A program made the translations under genes and the position numbers. Shown here one piece after another: positions 54,483 to 64,000 of a stretch of DNA of 64,000 nucleotides. Source of the stretch: a phage. Every line of letters begins with the position of its first letter. Positions within the stretch are counted from its first letter, which is position 1. The notes under the pieces were generated by a model. It saw nothing but the letters and a program-made list of their open reading frames with translations, had not been told where the DNA came from and did not search any database. The DNA is taken from the sequence record OZ335964.1. One strand, written 5' to 3'.

Positions 54483-56281
54483 AACAATTAATTAATATCG
54501 GTAACGTTGTTGATGACGGTACAGGTGATTATCTAAGAAAAGGTGGTCAAAAGATTAATGACAACTTTTCTGAACTTTACACTAAGCTGGGGGATGGTGA
54601 TATCCCTCATGCATCCGGCGCGTGGAAAACTCACACACAACCAGTATTAAAACCAAATTTTGGTGATGCATGGGCGATTAATACAACGAACAACGCTGTT
54701 TCTGTTGAATTGCCTAAAGGAAGCGCGAGTGATTATAATAAAACAATTAAACTTCGTGATGTTTGGCGCTCATGGGCTGCACATAACGTAACGTTGAAGC
54801 CAGCACAAGGTGATACCATTAAGGGATCTCCAATCGACCGTGAGTTGTATAAAGATTTCATGGATGTTGAATTGGTTTATTGTGCGCCTGGACGTTGGGA
54901 ATATGTCGAAAATAAACGAGTAGATACTATCACCACTTCCGATTTAAGCACAGTCGCTAAGGAAGTTTATATTGCAACCGAAGGACAAACAGACTTCCCC
55001 AATGTGTTTGGTTCCAATACTTACAATATTCGAAATGTTGAAGTTTATTATCGCGGTAACTTGCTTTATTATGGCAAGGATTTAACCGATGATTCTAACT
55101 ATGGTTCAATCGGTGAAAACGGTGATATTGTTCCTCTGGACGGTAAAAGTATTAAATTGCGCTTCCCTTGTTCGGCGGGTGATACCATTCAAATCATCAC
55201 TTATATGGACGGTATCGCATCCTTCCGGTCAAGCTATATTACTCATACAATCCGCGTTTATGAAACAGGAATGACAACTTTGGAATCCATCCCCGGTGAA
55301 GTTTGGGTTGGTGAACTAGCTAATAAGAAAGAATTTACTAATGCTGAATTAGGCGTAAGTAAGCGAGATCTTATTAATCCAAATTCATTTGAATTGCTGA
55401 TCAACGGCACACAAATGATTAAAGCGGGTGATGCGGATTTACCTTCCTTTATTTGTGAAGGTGCTGACGGTGAAACAGAAGAAACCTGCGTACTTGCTGG
55501 CGGTCAATGGGTAGAATCTGGGGAAGATTATTCATTGATGTTCGACGAAAACAGCGTGGTGACTGGTATTAAATTATCTAAAGCACTAGATAACCGAGAT
55601 ACTATCACAATTCGCTGGTTTAATAATGATATCGGAACATTAATGGAATGGGACGGTGTAGGCGGTATTAAAGAAAAAGCAGATCAATTTTATCTTAATA
55701 ACGAAGATGAAGTTACTCTGACAAATCGAATTGAATATACTGACTTCCAGAATCCAAGTCAAGCAACTAAACGCCCGATGGAAGATTATACAGGTCGTGT
55801 GATGGATATCTATGCCATCTTTGACATTTTCCATCCTATAGGCACAATTTATGAAAATGCGCATAACCCAGCCAACCCAGCGACCTATATGGGAATTGGT
55901 ACATGGGTACGTTATGCGGAAGGTGAATTTCTGGCTGGTTGGTCATCTGACGCAAGTGACCAGAATTTTGCATTAAACAATAATGATCTTGATAGTCATG
56001 GTCAACCTACACATACCGCAGGTGGTAAAGGTGGTGATGTTGCATACCAGATCAAGAAAAACATGATTCCTGAATTACAGAGCAACGATCGAGTTCTTGT
56101 AAAAGATGATAACGGAAATATTATTATCGGTGGTTGTCAGGTAGACCCTGATGCAGTAGGTCCAGCATTTACCAAATACCGCGAGGATACTGTAAAAGTT
56201 AATCAGGGGAATACAGACCCATCAATGATGGGTATTCTTCCTCCATACAGAACTGTCTATCGTTGGCTAAGGGTAGGTTAA
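54479..56281 (+). CDS. 10: baseplate wedge / tail pin protein gp10
   Basis: MKQLINIGNVVDDGTGDYLRKGGQKINDNFSELYTKLGDGD matches remembered T4 gp10. Confidence 0.9.
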   Translation: MKQLINIGNVVDDGTGDYLRKGGQKINDNFSELYTKLGDGDIPHASGAWKTHTQPVLKPNFGDAWAINTTNNAVSVELPKGSASDYNKTIKLRDVWRSWAAHNVTLKPAQGDTIKGSPIDRELYKDFMDVELVYCAPGRWEYVENKRVDTITTSDLSTVAKEVYIATEGQTDFPNVFGSNTYNIRNVEVYYRGNLLYYGKDLTDDSNYGSIGENGDIVPLDGKSIKLRFPCSAGDTIQIITYMDGIASFRSSYITHTIRVYETGMTTLESIPGEVWVGELANKKEFTNAELGVSKRDLINPNSFELLINGTQMIKAGDADLPSFICEGADGETEETCVLAGGQWVESGEDYSLMFDENSVVTGIKLSKALDNRDTITIRWFNNDIGTLMEWDGVGGIKEKADQFYLNNEDEVTLTNRIEYTDFQNPSQATKRPMEDYTGRVMDIYAIFDIFHPIGTIYENAHNPANPATYMGIGTWVRYAEGEFLAGWSSDASDQNFALNNNDLDSHGQPTHTAGGKGGDVAYQIKKNMIPELQSNDRVLVKDDNGNIIIGGCQVDPDAVGPAFTKYREDTVKVNQGNTDPSMMGILPPYRTVYRWLRVG

Positions 56282-56282
56282 T

Positions 56283-56927
56283 ATGATTTCTAAAACACGT
56301 TCAAAAGCTAGTGCATTTTCCAGCGATGCGGCGTTTATTTCATACGATCCAGGATCGAAAGATCCTGTTATCGGTGGTTCTCGTCCTATTGGTGGTGTTA
56401 ATGTCGATCAATCAAGAAAAGGTTCCTATGTAAACAACGTTCAATCTGCAATTGATGACCTTTATTCGTTGTCAATGATCCGAATTGGTGACGTTTTAGT
56501 AACAACAAATTCAACTGCACCACAATCGGCAGGGCAAATTGAAACATTAACATTTGCAGGAAGTGTTAATAATCAACATAACCCAGAAGCAAAGAAAGTA
56601 TTAATTGATGTTTTGGGTTATCCATTTATTGTTGATGTTGGGTCTTCCGGCGTTTCTCTATGTGAGAAAGTAACGGAAAAATTTACCGAACTAATGAATA
56701 AAAACATTATGTTCAAAGAAGTAAAAAGAAAAGGAAGTAGCAACGACCAATTAGAAATTCATTATATCGATTCTCTTGAACATCCACCAACCGATATTAA
56801 CAAGTACGGAATTACAATCACAGGAAATGTTGATTCCCCTGCCCGTGTTGGTTATGGTTCATGGTCTCGCATGGGAACAGAAGAAAAATTTAATACAACT
56901 TTATACTATTTCAAACGTATTGCATAA
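56283..56927 (+). CDS. 11: baseplate wedge / short-tail-fibre connector gp11
   Basis: 214 aa; synteny 10-11-12. Confidence 0.85.
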   Translation: MISKTRSKASAFSSDAAFISYDPGSKDPVIGGSRPIGGVNVDQSRKGSYVNNVQSAIDDLYSLSMIRIGDVLVTTNSTAPQSAGQIETLTFAGSVNNQHNPEAKKVLIDVLGYPFIVDVGSSGVSLCEKVTEKFTELMNKNIMFKEVKRKGSSNDQLEIHYIDSLEHPPTDINKYGITITGNVDSPARVGYGSWSRMGTEEKFNTTLYYFKRIA

Positions 56928-56938
56928 GGTGATGTATA

Positions 56939-58339
56939 ATGGCAAACAATACTATTAACCATGTAAAAGACGATGCTCAATACGTCAAGTTTAACCCTGT
57001 AAATGATTGGCCTCAAAGCATTACCAACGTACAAGCGGCTTTAGCCGCTATTAACGGCTTTGCCGTAAATGGATTACCGGACGCTACGGAAGATACAGCC
57101 GGGATCGCTGCAATCGCAACTCAGGAAGAAGTAAACGACGGTACAGTAGACAATAAGATCGTGACTCCAAAAACACTGGCTGTTAAAATGTCACGTCCAG
57201 ATGCCACAAAAGAAGTAAAGGGTATCACCCGATTTGCCACGATGGAAGAATCGCTGCAAGAGAGCAACGAGAACATGGCAATCGGTCCAGACACACTAAA
57301 CCATTACTTCACCACTAAAAAGGCGTCAGAGAGCGTTCAGGGGACTATTAAGATATGTTCTCTTGAGGCAGCAAAGATTGGCAGTGATGACACAATGGCA
57401 GTAACACCGAAAAAGATGCACACTGCTATTGCACAGATTGTACCGGGATTAATTCCAGATCAAAACACAGCAACCGAAAGCGCACAAGGTTTAGTTCAGT
57501 TAGCAACCAATGCGCAAGTTTTACAAGGCCAGATTCGAGAAGGTTTTGCAATTAGCCCTTATGCATTTGCAAATGCTCGCGCCAATGAGAATCAGGCGGG
57601 TACTGTTAAGATCGCCAACCAGTCACAGATGAATGCTGGTTCAGATGATACTGTAGTTGTTTCTGCTAAGAAGTTTGCAAGCACTAAGGCAACAACGTCT
57701 CAATACGGTATTGTTAAACTACGAGACACCGTAGGAAGTGAGGCTAACGCTGCACTATCAGCAAATGCTAAGGTTCTTCCTAGCACTGGCGGTACGGTAA
57801 GCGGAAACGTCTATAAAGGTTCTAACTCAGACGGCAACCAGTTTGTTACTAAAAATGAATTAGCGAATCACGCAATGCCAATTGGTGGTATTATCCTTTC
57901 TGGATTCAATGCTGATCGCGGTGACTTTCTGATCTGTAATGGTCGTTCACTGAATAAAAATCAATATCCGCAATTATTTTCTGCGATTGGTTATACCTTT
58001 GGTGGTTCAGGTAACAATTTTAACCTTCCTGATATGCGTGGTTTAGTTGCTCGTGGTTGCGATCATGGAAGAAACTTTGATCCAGGCCGTCGATTTGGTT
58101 CTTATCAAGAAGACGCAATGCAGAGAATTACTGGTAAATTCCCTGTAGCTGACCGCTGGCGCGGTTGGTATGGTGGCGCATTTACTGCACAGCGCGGTCA
58201 ATGGAGCACGAACTATAAAAACGGTGGGGGTGATGATTGGGGTTCTACTGTTAACTTTGACTCAGGAAGATCCGTAAGAACGGCTAACGAGACTCGCGTC
58301 AAGAGTCTGGCATTAAACTACATCATAAGGGTGCGCTAA
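56939..58339 (+). CDS. 12: short tail fibre protein gp12
   Basis: MANNTINHV...YVKF...VQAALAAIN..VNGLPDA and C-terminal LPDMRGLVARG...LNYIIRV match remembered T4 gp12. Confidence 0.9.
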   Translation: MANNTINHVKDDAQYVKFNPVNDWPQSITNVQAALAAINGFAVNGLPDATEDTAGIAAIATQEEVNDGTVDNKIVTPKTLAVKMSRPDATKEVKGITRFATMEESLQESNENMAIGPDTLNHYFTTKKASESVQGTIKICSLEAAKIGSDDTMAVTPKKMHTAIAQIVPGLIPDQNTATESAQGLVQLATNAQVLQGQIREGFAISPYAFANARANENQAGTVKIANQSQMNAGSDDTVVVSAKKFASTKATTSQYGIVKLRDTVGSEANAALSANAKVLPSTGGTVSGNVYKGSNSDGNQFVTKNELANHAMPIGGIILSGFNADRGDFLICNGRSLNKNQYPQLFSAIGYTFGGSGNNFNLPDMRGLVARGCDHGRNFDPGRRFGSYQEDAMQRITGKFPVADRWRGWYGGAFTAQRGQWSTNYKNGGGDDWGSTVNFDSGRSVRTANETRVKSLALNYIIRVR

Positions 58340-60108
58340 TGATCGAACAATTAAACATTCGTAACATTCCTAACGTTGATGGTGTACCGGGCGAAGGCCA
58401 ACACTCAATCATGTGGATGAAAAATGGTGAATGTTTAAGCGCAGCAACTACCCAGACTGGTCATGACGGTACGCTTAACCGCGTACCTTATGCTATTCAG
58501 GAAAACGTTGTTCGCTTAGACGAAAACGCTAAAACAACTAAGACAAAAATTAATGAGATCGTAACTGCCGTTAATGACATTAAAACGACTTTAGGTGCAA
58601 TCGGTGACGGTAGCGTTATTGATATTGTAAACCAAACAATCGAACATGTCAATGCAGTCGAGGAAAACTTAGGAGAAACCGCAAGAACTCTCCAGACTGC
58701 CGTAACTGGTCTGGAAGGTGTTCAAATCAAGATCGGTGTTCGTCCAGCAGCAGATCCGAGCACACGAACGATCTATGATGATATTTCCTTCATTAAACAG
58801 GAGATGGGTGCATATCCGGGATTTAACATCAACGGACAGCCGGAAGCAGATAACTCCGGTTCTGGTATGAAATATCGTTTAATGCAGAATACAGCAGCAT
58901 TAAACAACCACGGTCAACGAATCTCCCAATTAGAAAGCGATTGGCAAGATTCTGATGTGGGCGATCTGACCGAGAAGGTAAACAAATTTCGTAGCGAACT
59001 AGGCGACACTTCCCTAGCCACACAGGATAATGTTTATCTTCGCTTGCGTACCAATACCCGCAATATTGCTAACTTATCAAATGAAGTCTTAGAAGTCAAG
59101 AAAGCAATTTTATTCGATGCGGTTCCTGATATCGGGACGAAAGTAACAAACCTTACTGCAAACTTTGACCGTTTAGACAGTGAAGTCAACGGCGTAGATT
59201 CTGGTATTCGTCCGCGACTGACGGCAATCGAAAATAAAATTGGCAATCCTCAAGCCGCAGGAAGTCTTGATTATCGTTTAACTAATCAGGAACGAGAATT
59301 TAATGACCTGAAAGTTACAGTTGGTGTTAGTGGCGCAGATGGCCTACGCGGTGAAGTTGCACGGTTGACTAACCAGATCGGGACCGACGTTGATCGTCAT
59401 ACTATCGCCGGACGAATCAAGATTATCGAAAACACACAAGGCCGTTTAGAAGCAAGTGTCCAGGACATTGAGCAAATGGTAGGCAATGCGCAATCCGGTA
59501 TTGTCGCTGGTGTGATGAAACTGTCAACTGATATGTATGGTGATCCACAAGGCGCTGATCAGTTTACTCAAGATGGTATTGTGAAAACTGTCAAGGCGAT
59601 CCAAAAATCTGATGCTGGTAAAGTCTCCGATGTTCCTGATGATGGGTATCATTATCTGCGTAAACACGGTGAATGGGTACAAGTGGCATATGCGGCGGGG
59701 GCATTCAAAAACACTACCGATATTACACTAGAACTTGATGCACAAGACACATACAAGGGTATTCCTTTGACGGACATGACCGCAGAAGTTCCGGTACGTC
59801 AGATGGTTAAAAGCGATTCGCTGGTTACTGTACAGGATAAAGGTTTATTCCGTTGTGTATTCCGCACATCGATTCACGCACAGCATAATGCTACCTTCGT
59901 GGTCGGTATTTTCAAAAACGGGCAAATTGTGCACGAGGTAAGAAATGGTCATTATGGCACTGATGAATTGACCAGCTATTCCACCAGTGCATTCCTAAAT
60001 ATTGAAAATGGCGATAATATAGATATTCGTATTAAGGGTGTATCTGCCGAGGCAGTAGCACAACCAGCACAAATTAAAGAGTTCCTCTTTGGGATTTCTC
60101 CGGTATAA
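58339..60108 (+). CDS. wac: fibritin (whisker, wac) with additional C-terminal domain after the foldon
   Basis: N-terminus VDGVPGEGQHSIMWMKNGE as T4 wac; foldon-like DGYHYLRKHGEWVQV followed by about 125 extra residues. Confidence 0.8.
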   Translation: MIEQLNIRNIPNVDGVPGEGQHSIMWMKNGECLSAATTQTGHDGTLNRVPYAIQENVVRLDENAKTTKTKINEIVTAVNDIKTTLGAIGDGSVIDIVNQTIEHVNAVEENLGETARTLQTAVTGLEGVQIKIGVRPAADPSTRTIYDDISFIKQEMGAYPGFNINGQPEADNSGSGMKYRLMQNTAALNNHGQRISQLESDWQDSDVGDLTEKVNKFRSELGDTSLATQDNVYLRLRTNTRNIANLSNEVLEVKKAILFDAVPDIGTKVTNLTANFDRLDSEVNGVDSGIRPRLTAIENKIGNPQAAGSLDYRLTNQEREFNDLKVTVGVSGADGLRGEVARLTNQIGTDVDRHTIAGRIKIIENTQGRLEASVQDIEQMVGNAQSGIVAGVMKLSTDMYGDPQGADQFTQDGIVKTVKAIQKSDAGKVSDVPDDGYHYLRKHGEWVQVAYAAGAFKNTTDITLELDAQDTYKGIPLTDMTAEVPVRQMVKSDSLVTVQDKGLFRCVFRTSIHAQHNATFVVGIFKNGQIVHEVRNGHYGTDELTSYSTSAFLNIENGDNIDIRIKGVSAEAVAQPAQIKEFLFGISPV

Positions 60109-60114
60109 GAAATT

Positions 60115-60139
60115 AAAGGGGCGTTAAGCCCCTTTTTCG
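60115..60139 (+). terminator. intrinsic terminator after fibritin
   Basis: GGGGC-GUUAA-GCCCC hairpin + UUUUU. Confidence 0.6.
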
Positions 60140-60154
60140 TTTATAGGTGATATT

Positions 60155-61087
60155 ATGTCAGGATATGTAACCAATAACCCTAGAGAATTAAAAGACGCTA
60201 TTCTACGTCGTTTAGGTGCACCAGTAATTAACATCGAGGTGACAGAAGACCAGATTTATGATTGTATTCAACGGGCATTAGAACTCTATGGAGAATATCA
60301 TTTTGATGGCGTGAATAAAGGTTATAAGGTATTTCATGTTAGCGCAGAACAAGCACAACACGGGGTATTTGATTTAAGCGATTCCGGCGTGTATGCGGTA
60401 ACTAAAATAATTCGAACAAACGTAGGAAGTGCTGCCACGATGGATGGTACTGCCGTTTATCCGTGGTTTACTGACTTTCTGTTAGGTTTAGCGGGTGTAA
60501 ACGGTGGATTGGGATCTGGTTGCAGTAAATTCTATGGTCCAAATGCAATGGGTGGTGATTTGGGTTATTTCGCCCAGCTTATGAGCTATCGTGCTACTAT
60601 GCAAAATATGCTTAATCCGCTTCCTGATTACTGGTATAATAGCGCAAACGGACAATTAAAAATTACGGGTAACTTCCGTGCTGGTGATATTATTGTCGCG
60701 GAGGTTTACGTGAAAAGCTATGTGGATGTTCCTGATATGATCGGGGCGGTTGCTGGTTATGCTCACGCTGGCGGGTGCGCTACTATCGGTGGAATCGATG
60801 CAATTTATGATAATCCTACCGCTGGATTAAATGGCATTGTTGCTGGTATGGGTTCTTCTCGTGAAAATAGTCAAGGCGCATATAATAACCGTTGGGTTAA
60901 AGATATGGCGGTTGCATTTACGCGTGAACTTTGGGGACAGATTCTGGCTAAACATCAAGGTCTGCAATTACCCGGTGGTATCACGGTCGATGGGGTTCGA
61001 ATCATCGAAGAAGCACGCGTCGAAATTGAAAGACTACGTGAAGAATTGGAATTGCTCGATCCGCCAGCAGGGATCATTATGGTATGA
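60155..61087 (+). CDS. 13: neck protein gp13
   Basis: 310 aa; synteny wac-13-14-15. Confidence 0.85.
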   Translation: MSGYVTNNPRELKDAILRRLGAPVINIEVTEDQIYDCIQRALELYGEYHFDGVNKGYKVFHVSAEQAQHGVFDLSDSGVYAVTKIIRTNVGSAATMDGTAVYPWFTDFLLGLAGVNGGLGSGCSKFYGPNAMGGDLGYFAQLMSYRATMQNMLNPLPDYWYNSANGQLKITGNFRAGDIIVAEVYVKSYVDVPDMIGAVAGYAHAGGCATIGGIDAIYDNPTAGLNGIVAGMGSSRENSQGAYNNRWVKDMAVAFTRELWGQILAKHQGLQLPGGITVDGVRIIEEARVEIERLREELELLDPPAGIIMV

Positions 61088-61123
61088 TTAATTGGGGGAA
61101 TATTCCCCCATTTGGAGTAACAC

Positions 61124-61864
61124 ATGTTCAATAATACTCTTTTTGCTCGCTTAGAATCCCAGAAAGACTACGAGAATACACGACAAACCGAGATTCTCAA
61201 TCCCTATGTAAACTTCAACGGTCATACTAATACCCAGACACTGGCTGATGTAATGGTTGCTGAATCTATCCAGATGCGCGGTGTAGAATTGTATTATATC
61301 CCTAGAGAATTTGTCAAACCGGATATGATCTTTGGTGAAGATGTTCAGAGCAAATTTACTAAAGCATGGAAGTTTGCTGCATATATCAATTCATTTGAGG
61401 GATATGAAGGTGCTGGTAATTTCTTCTCTAGTTTCGGGTATCAAGCTAATGATGAATTAACTTTTACGGTGAATCCGAATCTATTCAAACATCAAGTAGA
61501 CGGAAACGAGCCGAAAGCGGGGGATTTGATTTATATTCCTATGAGTAATGATTTATTTGAAATCAACTACTTAGAGCCGTATCAACCGTGGTTCCAGAAT
61601 GGCGCTAATGCTATGCGTAAAATCACAGCAGAGAAATTTGTGTATAGTGGCGAAGAACTTCGACCAGAATTACAGCGTAATGATGGAATTAATGTTGATG
61701 AGTTCGCGGATCTGGATCTTGCACCAATTACCAATCTTGATGGGCTGACAGATATTAACCTTGATCAATATAAAGAAGATAAGCAATTCAGAGACGAAGG
61801 TCGAGACTATATTCAACCGTTTGATCCGATTAATGGCACTGGTTCTCCTTTCGCCGATTTTTGA
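61124..61864 (+). CDS. 14: neck protein gp14
   Basis: 246 aa; synteny. Confidence 0.85.
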   Translation: MFNNTLFARLESQKDYENTRQTEILNPYVNFNGHTNTQTLADVMVAESIQMRGVELYYIPREFVKPDMIFGEDVQSKFTKAWKFAAYINSFEGYEGAGNFFSSFGYQANDELTFTVNPNLFKHQVDGNEPKAGDLIYIPMSNDLFEINYLEPYQPWFQNGANAMRKITAEKFVYSGEELRPELQRNDGINVDEFADLDLAPITNLDGLTDINLDQYKEDKQFRDEGRDYIQPFDPINGTGSPFADF

Positions 61865-61904
61865 TAAATACTTGTATTGATATAATATAAGGATCTAATG
61901 ACTT

Positions 61905-62660
61905 ATGAAAAACTATTATCTATACGAAATAAAGAACAATATAAATGGTAAGATATATGTTGGCATTCGTGGGTATGATGGTGACATAAGTCAAGATCCT
62001 TATATGGGTAGTGGATTGACTCTTAAGAGGTCTATTAAAAAGAACGGGATAGAAAACTTCACAAAAACAATTCTCAAAACGTTTGACTCATGGAAAGAGG
62101 CAAGGAAAGCAGAAAGAGAAATAGTTACAGAGGAATTTGTAAAAAGAGAAGATACCTATAATGTTTCGGTTGGTGGACAAGGTGGAAATACTCACGCCGG
62201 GATGAGCGAAGAACGAAGAAAACTTGCAAGCGAAAGACACGCAGAAGCAAACCGAAATAGAGTATGGAAGCAAGAATCTAGAGATAAGGTTAGCGCAAGA
62301 TTCAAAGGTCATAAGCTATCACAGAAGCAGATAGACGCGCTAAAGAAGGCAAACACAGGAAGAAAGTTCACAGAAGAACACAAGTTCAAAATAGGTAAAA
62401 CGTGGCGAGGAAAGAAACGACCAGATATAGGAGAGAAGGTTGCGGCAAAATTAACAGGGAGAAAACTACCCCCAGAACATGTGGCAGCAATAACGCAAAA
62501 TACACCGAGAGGAAAACAACACTTTAGGGCAAAAAGATTCTTCATCGACGATATGGAATTTTATATTTTGAGTGATGCAGCTAAAATGTTTGGTATAAGT
62601 TATAAAACGGTTAAAGCTAGACTTCTCTCAGATAAGTTTCCTACATGGAGATATGAATAA
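61905..62660 (+). CDS. GIY-YIG homing endonuclease (Seg-like, free-standing)
   Basis: N-terminal YLYEIKNNINGKIYVGI GIY-YIG motif; Lys/Arg-rich DNA-binding C-terminus; inserted between gp14 and gp15; visibly AGA/AAA-rich codon usage. Confidence 0.8.
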   Translation: MKNYYLYEIKNNINGKIYVGIRGYDGDISQDPYMGSGLTLKRSIKKNGIENFTKTILKTFDSWKEARKAEREIVTEEFVKREDTYNVSVGGQGGNTHAGMSEERRKLASERHAEANRNRVWKQESRDKVSARFKGHKLSQKQIDALKKANTGRKFTEEHKFKIGKTWRGKKRPDIGEKVAAKLTGRKLPPEHVAAITQNTPRGKQHFRAKRFFIDDMEFYILSDAAKMFGISYKTVKARLLSDKFPTWRYE

Positions 62661-63494
62661 ATGTTTTCACATTTTTACAATTCGTCAATTAGACGGTATA
62701 TTGTATTGCTGGGTAATCTATTCTCCGGTGTACAGATTAAAAGGGTGCGTAGCGATGGTGATCGATTCATTAAAGTTCCTATTACCTACGCAAAGAAAGA
62801 AAAATTTATGATGAGTCTGGACAAGTATAATAATATTTCAAGTGAAGAAGATGTAGCAAAGGTAGAAACTATTCTACCGCGTATGTGTCTTTCTTTGATT
62901 GATATGACATACGCCCAGAACTTTAAAACCAATATTGCTAATAAAACAACTCCGAGATATACAGAAAACGGGATAAGAAGTATTACACAATATAATCCGG
63001 TTCCGTATAAATTTACGTTTGAATTGGGGATTTATACGCGTAACGAAGATGATATGTTTCAGATCGTCGAACAAATCCTCCCGTATTTTCAACCACATTT
63101 TAACTGCAAGATAAAAGAATTGCATGGTAATGATGTATGGATTGACCGAGATATTCAGGTTACTATTAGTTCAATCACTCCCGACGAACAGGTAGGCGAA
63201 GATAAGTTTTCTCGTCGCCGTCTGGAATGGACTATTATGTTTGAGTTCATTGGGTTTATCTATCCTCCAGCTACAGACGTTAGAGGTGAAATTAGAACGG
63301 TATATCTAGATTTTCATGCTAATTCTCGTGAATTGAATCCTAGCGGTAATTTTGAATCTGTGGATCATGAGGTGGTAAGTCGAAATGTAGATCAAAGCAA
63401 ATGGGATGGAAATAGTAAAGAATCATATTCTAGTGATATTCCTGTACCAGTTGCACCAACTCCACCGGGTCCACGTATTGTAAGAGAATTTTAA
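62661..63494 (+). CDS. 15: tail sheath stabiliser / completion protein gp15
   Basis: MFSHFYNSSIRRY...KVPITYA...DMFQIVEQILPYFQPHFN...FHAN matches remembered T4 gp15. Confidence 0.9.
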   Translation: MFSHFYNSSIRRYIVLLGNLFSGVQIKRVRSDGDRFIKVPITYAKKEKFMMSLDKYNNISSEEDVAKVETILPRMCLSLIDMTYAQNFKTNIANKTTPRYTENGIRSITQYNPVPYKFTFELGIYTRNEDDMFQIVEQILPYFQPHFNCKIKELHGNDVWIDRDIQVTISSITPDEQVGEDKFSRRRLEWTIMFEFIGFIYPPATDVRGEIRTVYLDFHANSRELNPSGNFESVDHEVVSRNVDQSKWDGNSKESYSSDIPVPVAPTPPGPRIVREF

Positions 63495-63516
63495 GAGGTA
63501 ATTATTATGTCAGATC

Positions 63517-64000
63517 TAGGCTTAGATATGAAGCAATTAATGAATTTCGAAAGTCTAGGTCTTCCGGGGTCATTCGACGCGGAAGAAGATCGAGTGAGTT
63601 ATGATCCGCTCGTCTTGACTCCGGTCGAAAGTCACCCAGAAGATCGTAATATTGACTTACAACGAGATTATAATGAGGCACGTCAGAATATTCATTTTCA
63701 GAATCAGATGATGATGGACGCAGCAAAGATTTATCTTGAACTTGCAAAAAATAGTGAGTCTCCGAGGTTCCTACAAGCGTTTAATGGCCTCATGCAGCAA
63801 ATGAGTAATAACAATAAAGAATTACTGAATATCCATAAGGATATGAAGAAAATCACCGAGCAAGCTGGAGAGAAAAAGAAAGATAATACCCCAGCCGCAC
63901 CAGTTAATATCCAGAATGCGACCGTCTTTATGGGTTCTCCTAGTGATTTAATGGATGAAATCGAAGACGAGGAAGCGCGAGTTATTGAAGGTGAGACAGT
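63517..64000 (+). CDS. 16: terminase small subunit gp16 (partial, continues past window end)
   Basis: Own translation: MSDLGLDMKQL...HFQNQMMMDAAKIYLELAKNSESPRF...NIQNATVFMGSPSDLMDEI matches remembered T4 gp16; absent from ORF track because no stop in window. Confidence 0.85.

Noticed and set aside
63505-63747. 80 aa minus-strand ORF at the window end
   Set aside because: Antisense to the gp16 terminase small subunit reading frame, which matches remembered T4 gp16.
1-64000. CRISPR array, integrase/attachment sites, rRNA
   Set aside because: No spaced direct-repeat array, no integrase-like ORF and no rRNA-like conserved stretch seen; the content is that of a lytic T4-type phage.

Overview
This window reads as a T4-like (Tevenvirinae-type) myovirus genome segment, annotated by eye from the sequence and the ORF track; all protein identifications are from remembered T4 motifs and gene order, not from searches. 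Roughly 1-42.8 kb is a minus-strand early/middle region: partial upstream gene, gp47, gp55, NrdH/NrdG/NrdD, EndoVII (gp49), NrdC, Dam, many small ORFs, a gp38-like Gly-rich adhesin, thymidine kinase, RegB, a GrcA-like protein, an M15 peptidase (probable endolysin), Acb1/57B-like, 57A, gp1, gp3, gp2, gp4. Roughly 42.8-64 kb is a plus-strand late module: gp53, gp5 hub-lysozyme, PAAR gp5.4, gp6, gp7, gp8, gp9, gp10, gp11, gp12, fibritin (wac), gp13, gp14, gp15 and the start of gp16. No alpha-glucosyltransferase sits between gp47 and gp55; a P-loop NTPase occupies the neighbouring slot after gp55. The most distinctive signals are: (1) at least 16 repeated promoter-stem-loop cassettes (sigma70-like TTGACA/-10 with a GC-rich hairpin and a conserved leader), often paired with an upstream intrinsic terminator, each framing a small ORF; (2) an expanded paralogous domain family (at least 8 genes) in two clusters flanking nrdD/nrdG; (3) an orphan gp38-like adhesin in the early region; (4) a three-gene moron with its own sigma70 promoter, including a gamma-class adenine methyltransferase, inserted between gp8 and gp9; (5) dense clusters of small hydrophobic proteins; (6) candidate counter-defence/auxiliary genes (macro domain, Pol-beta nucleotidyltransferase, 2H phosphoesterase, GrcA-like); (7) a late-promoter-driven candidate small RNA; (8) a fibritin with an extra domain after the foldon. 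No rRNA, tRNA or CRISPR array was recognised.
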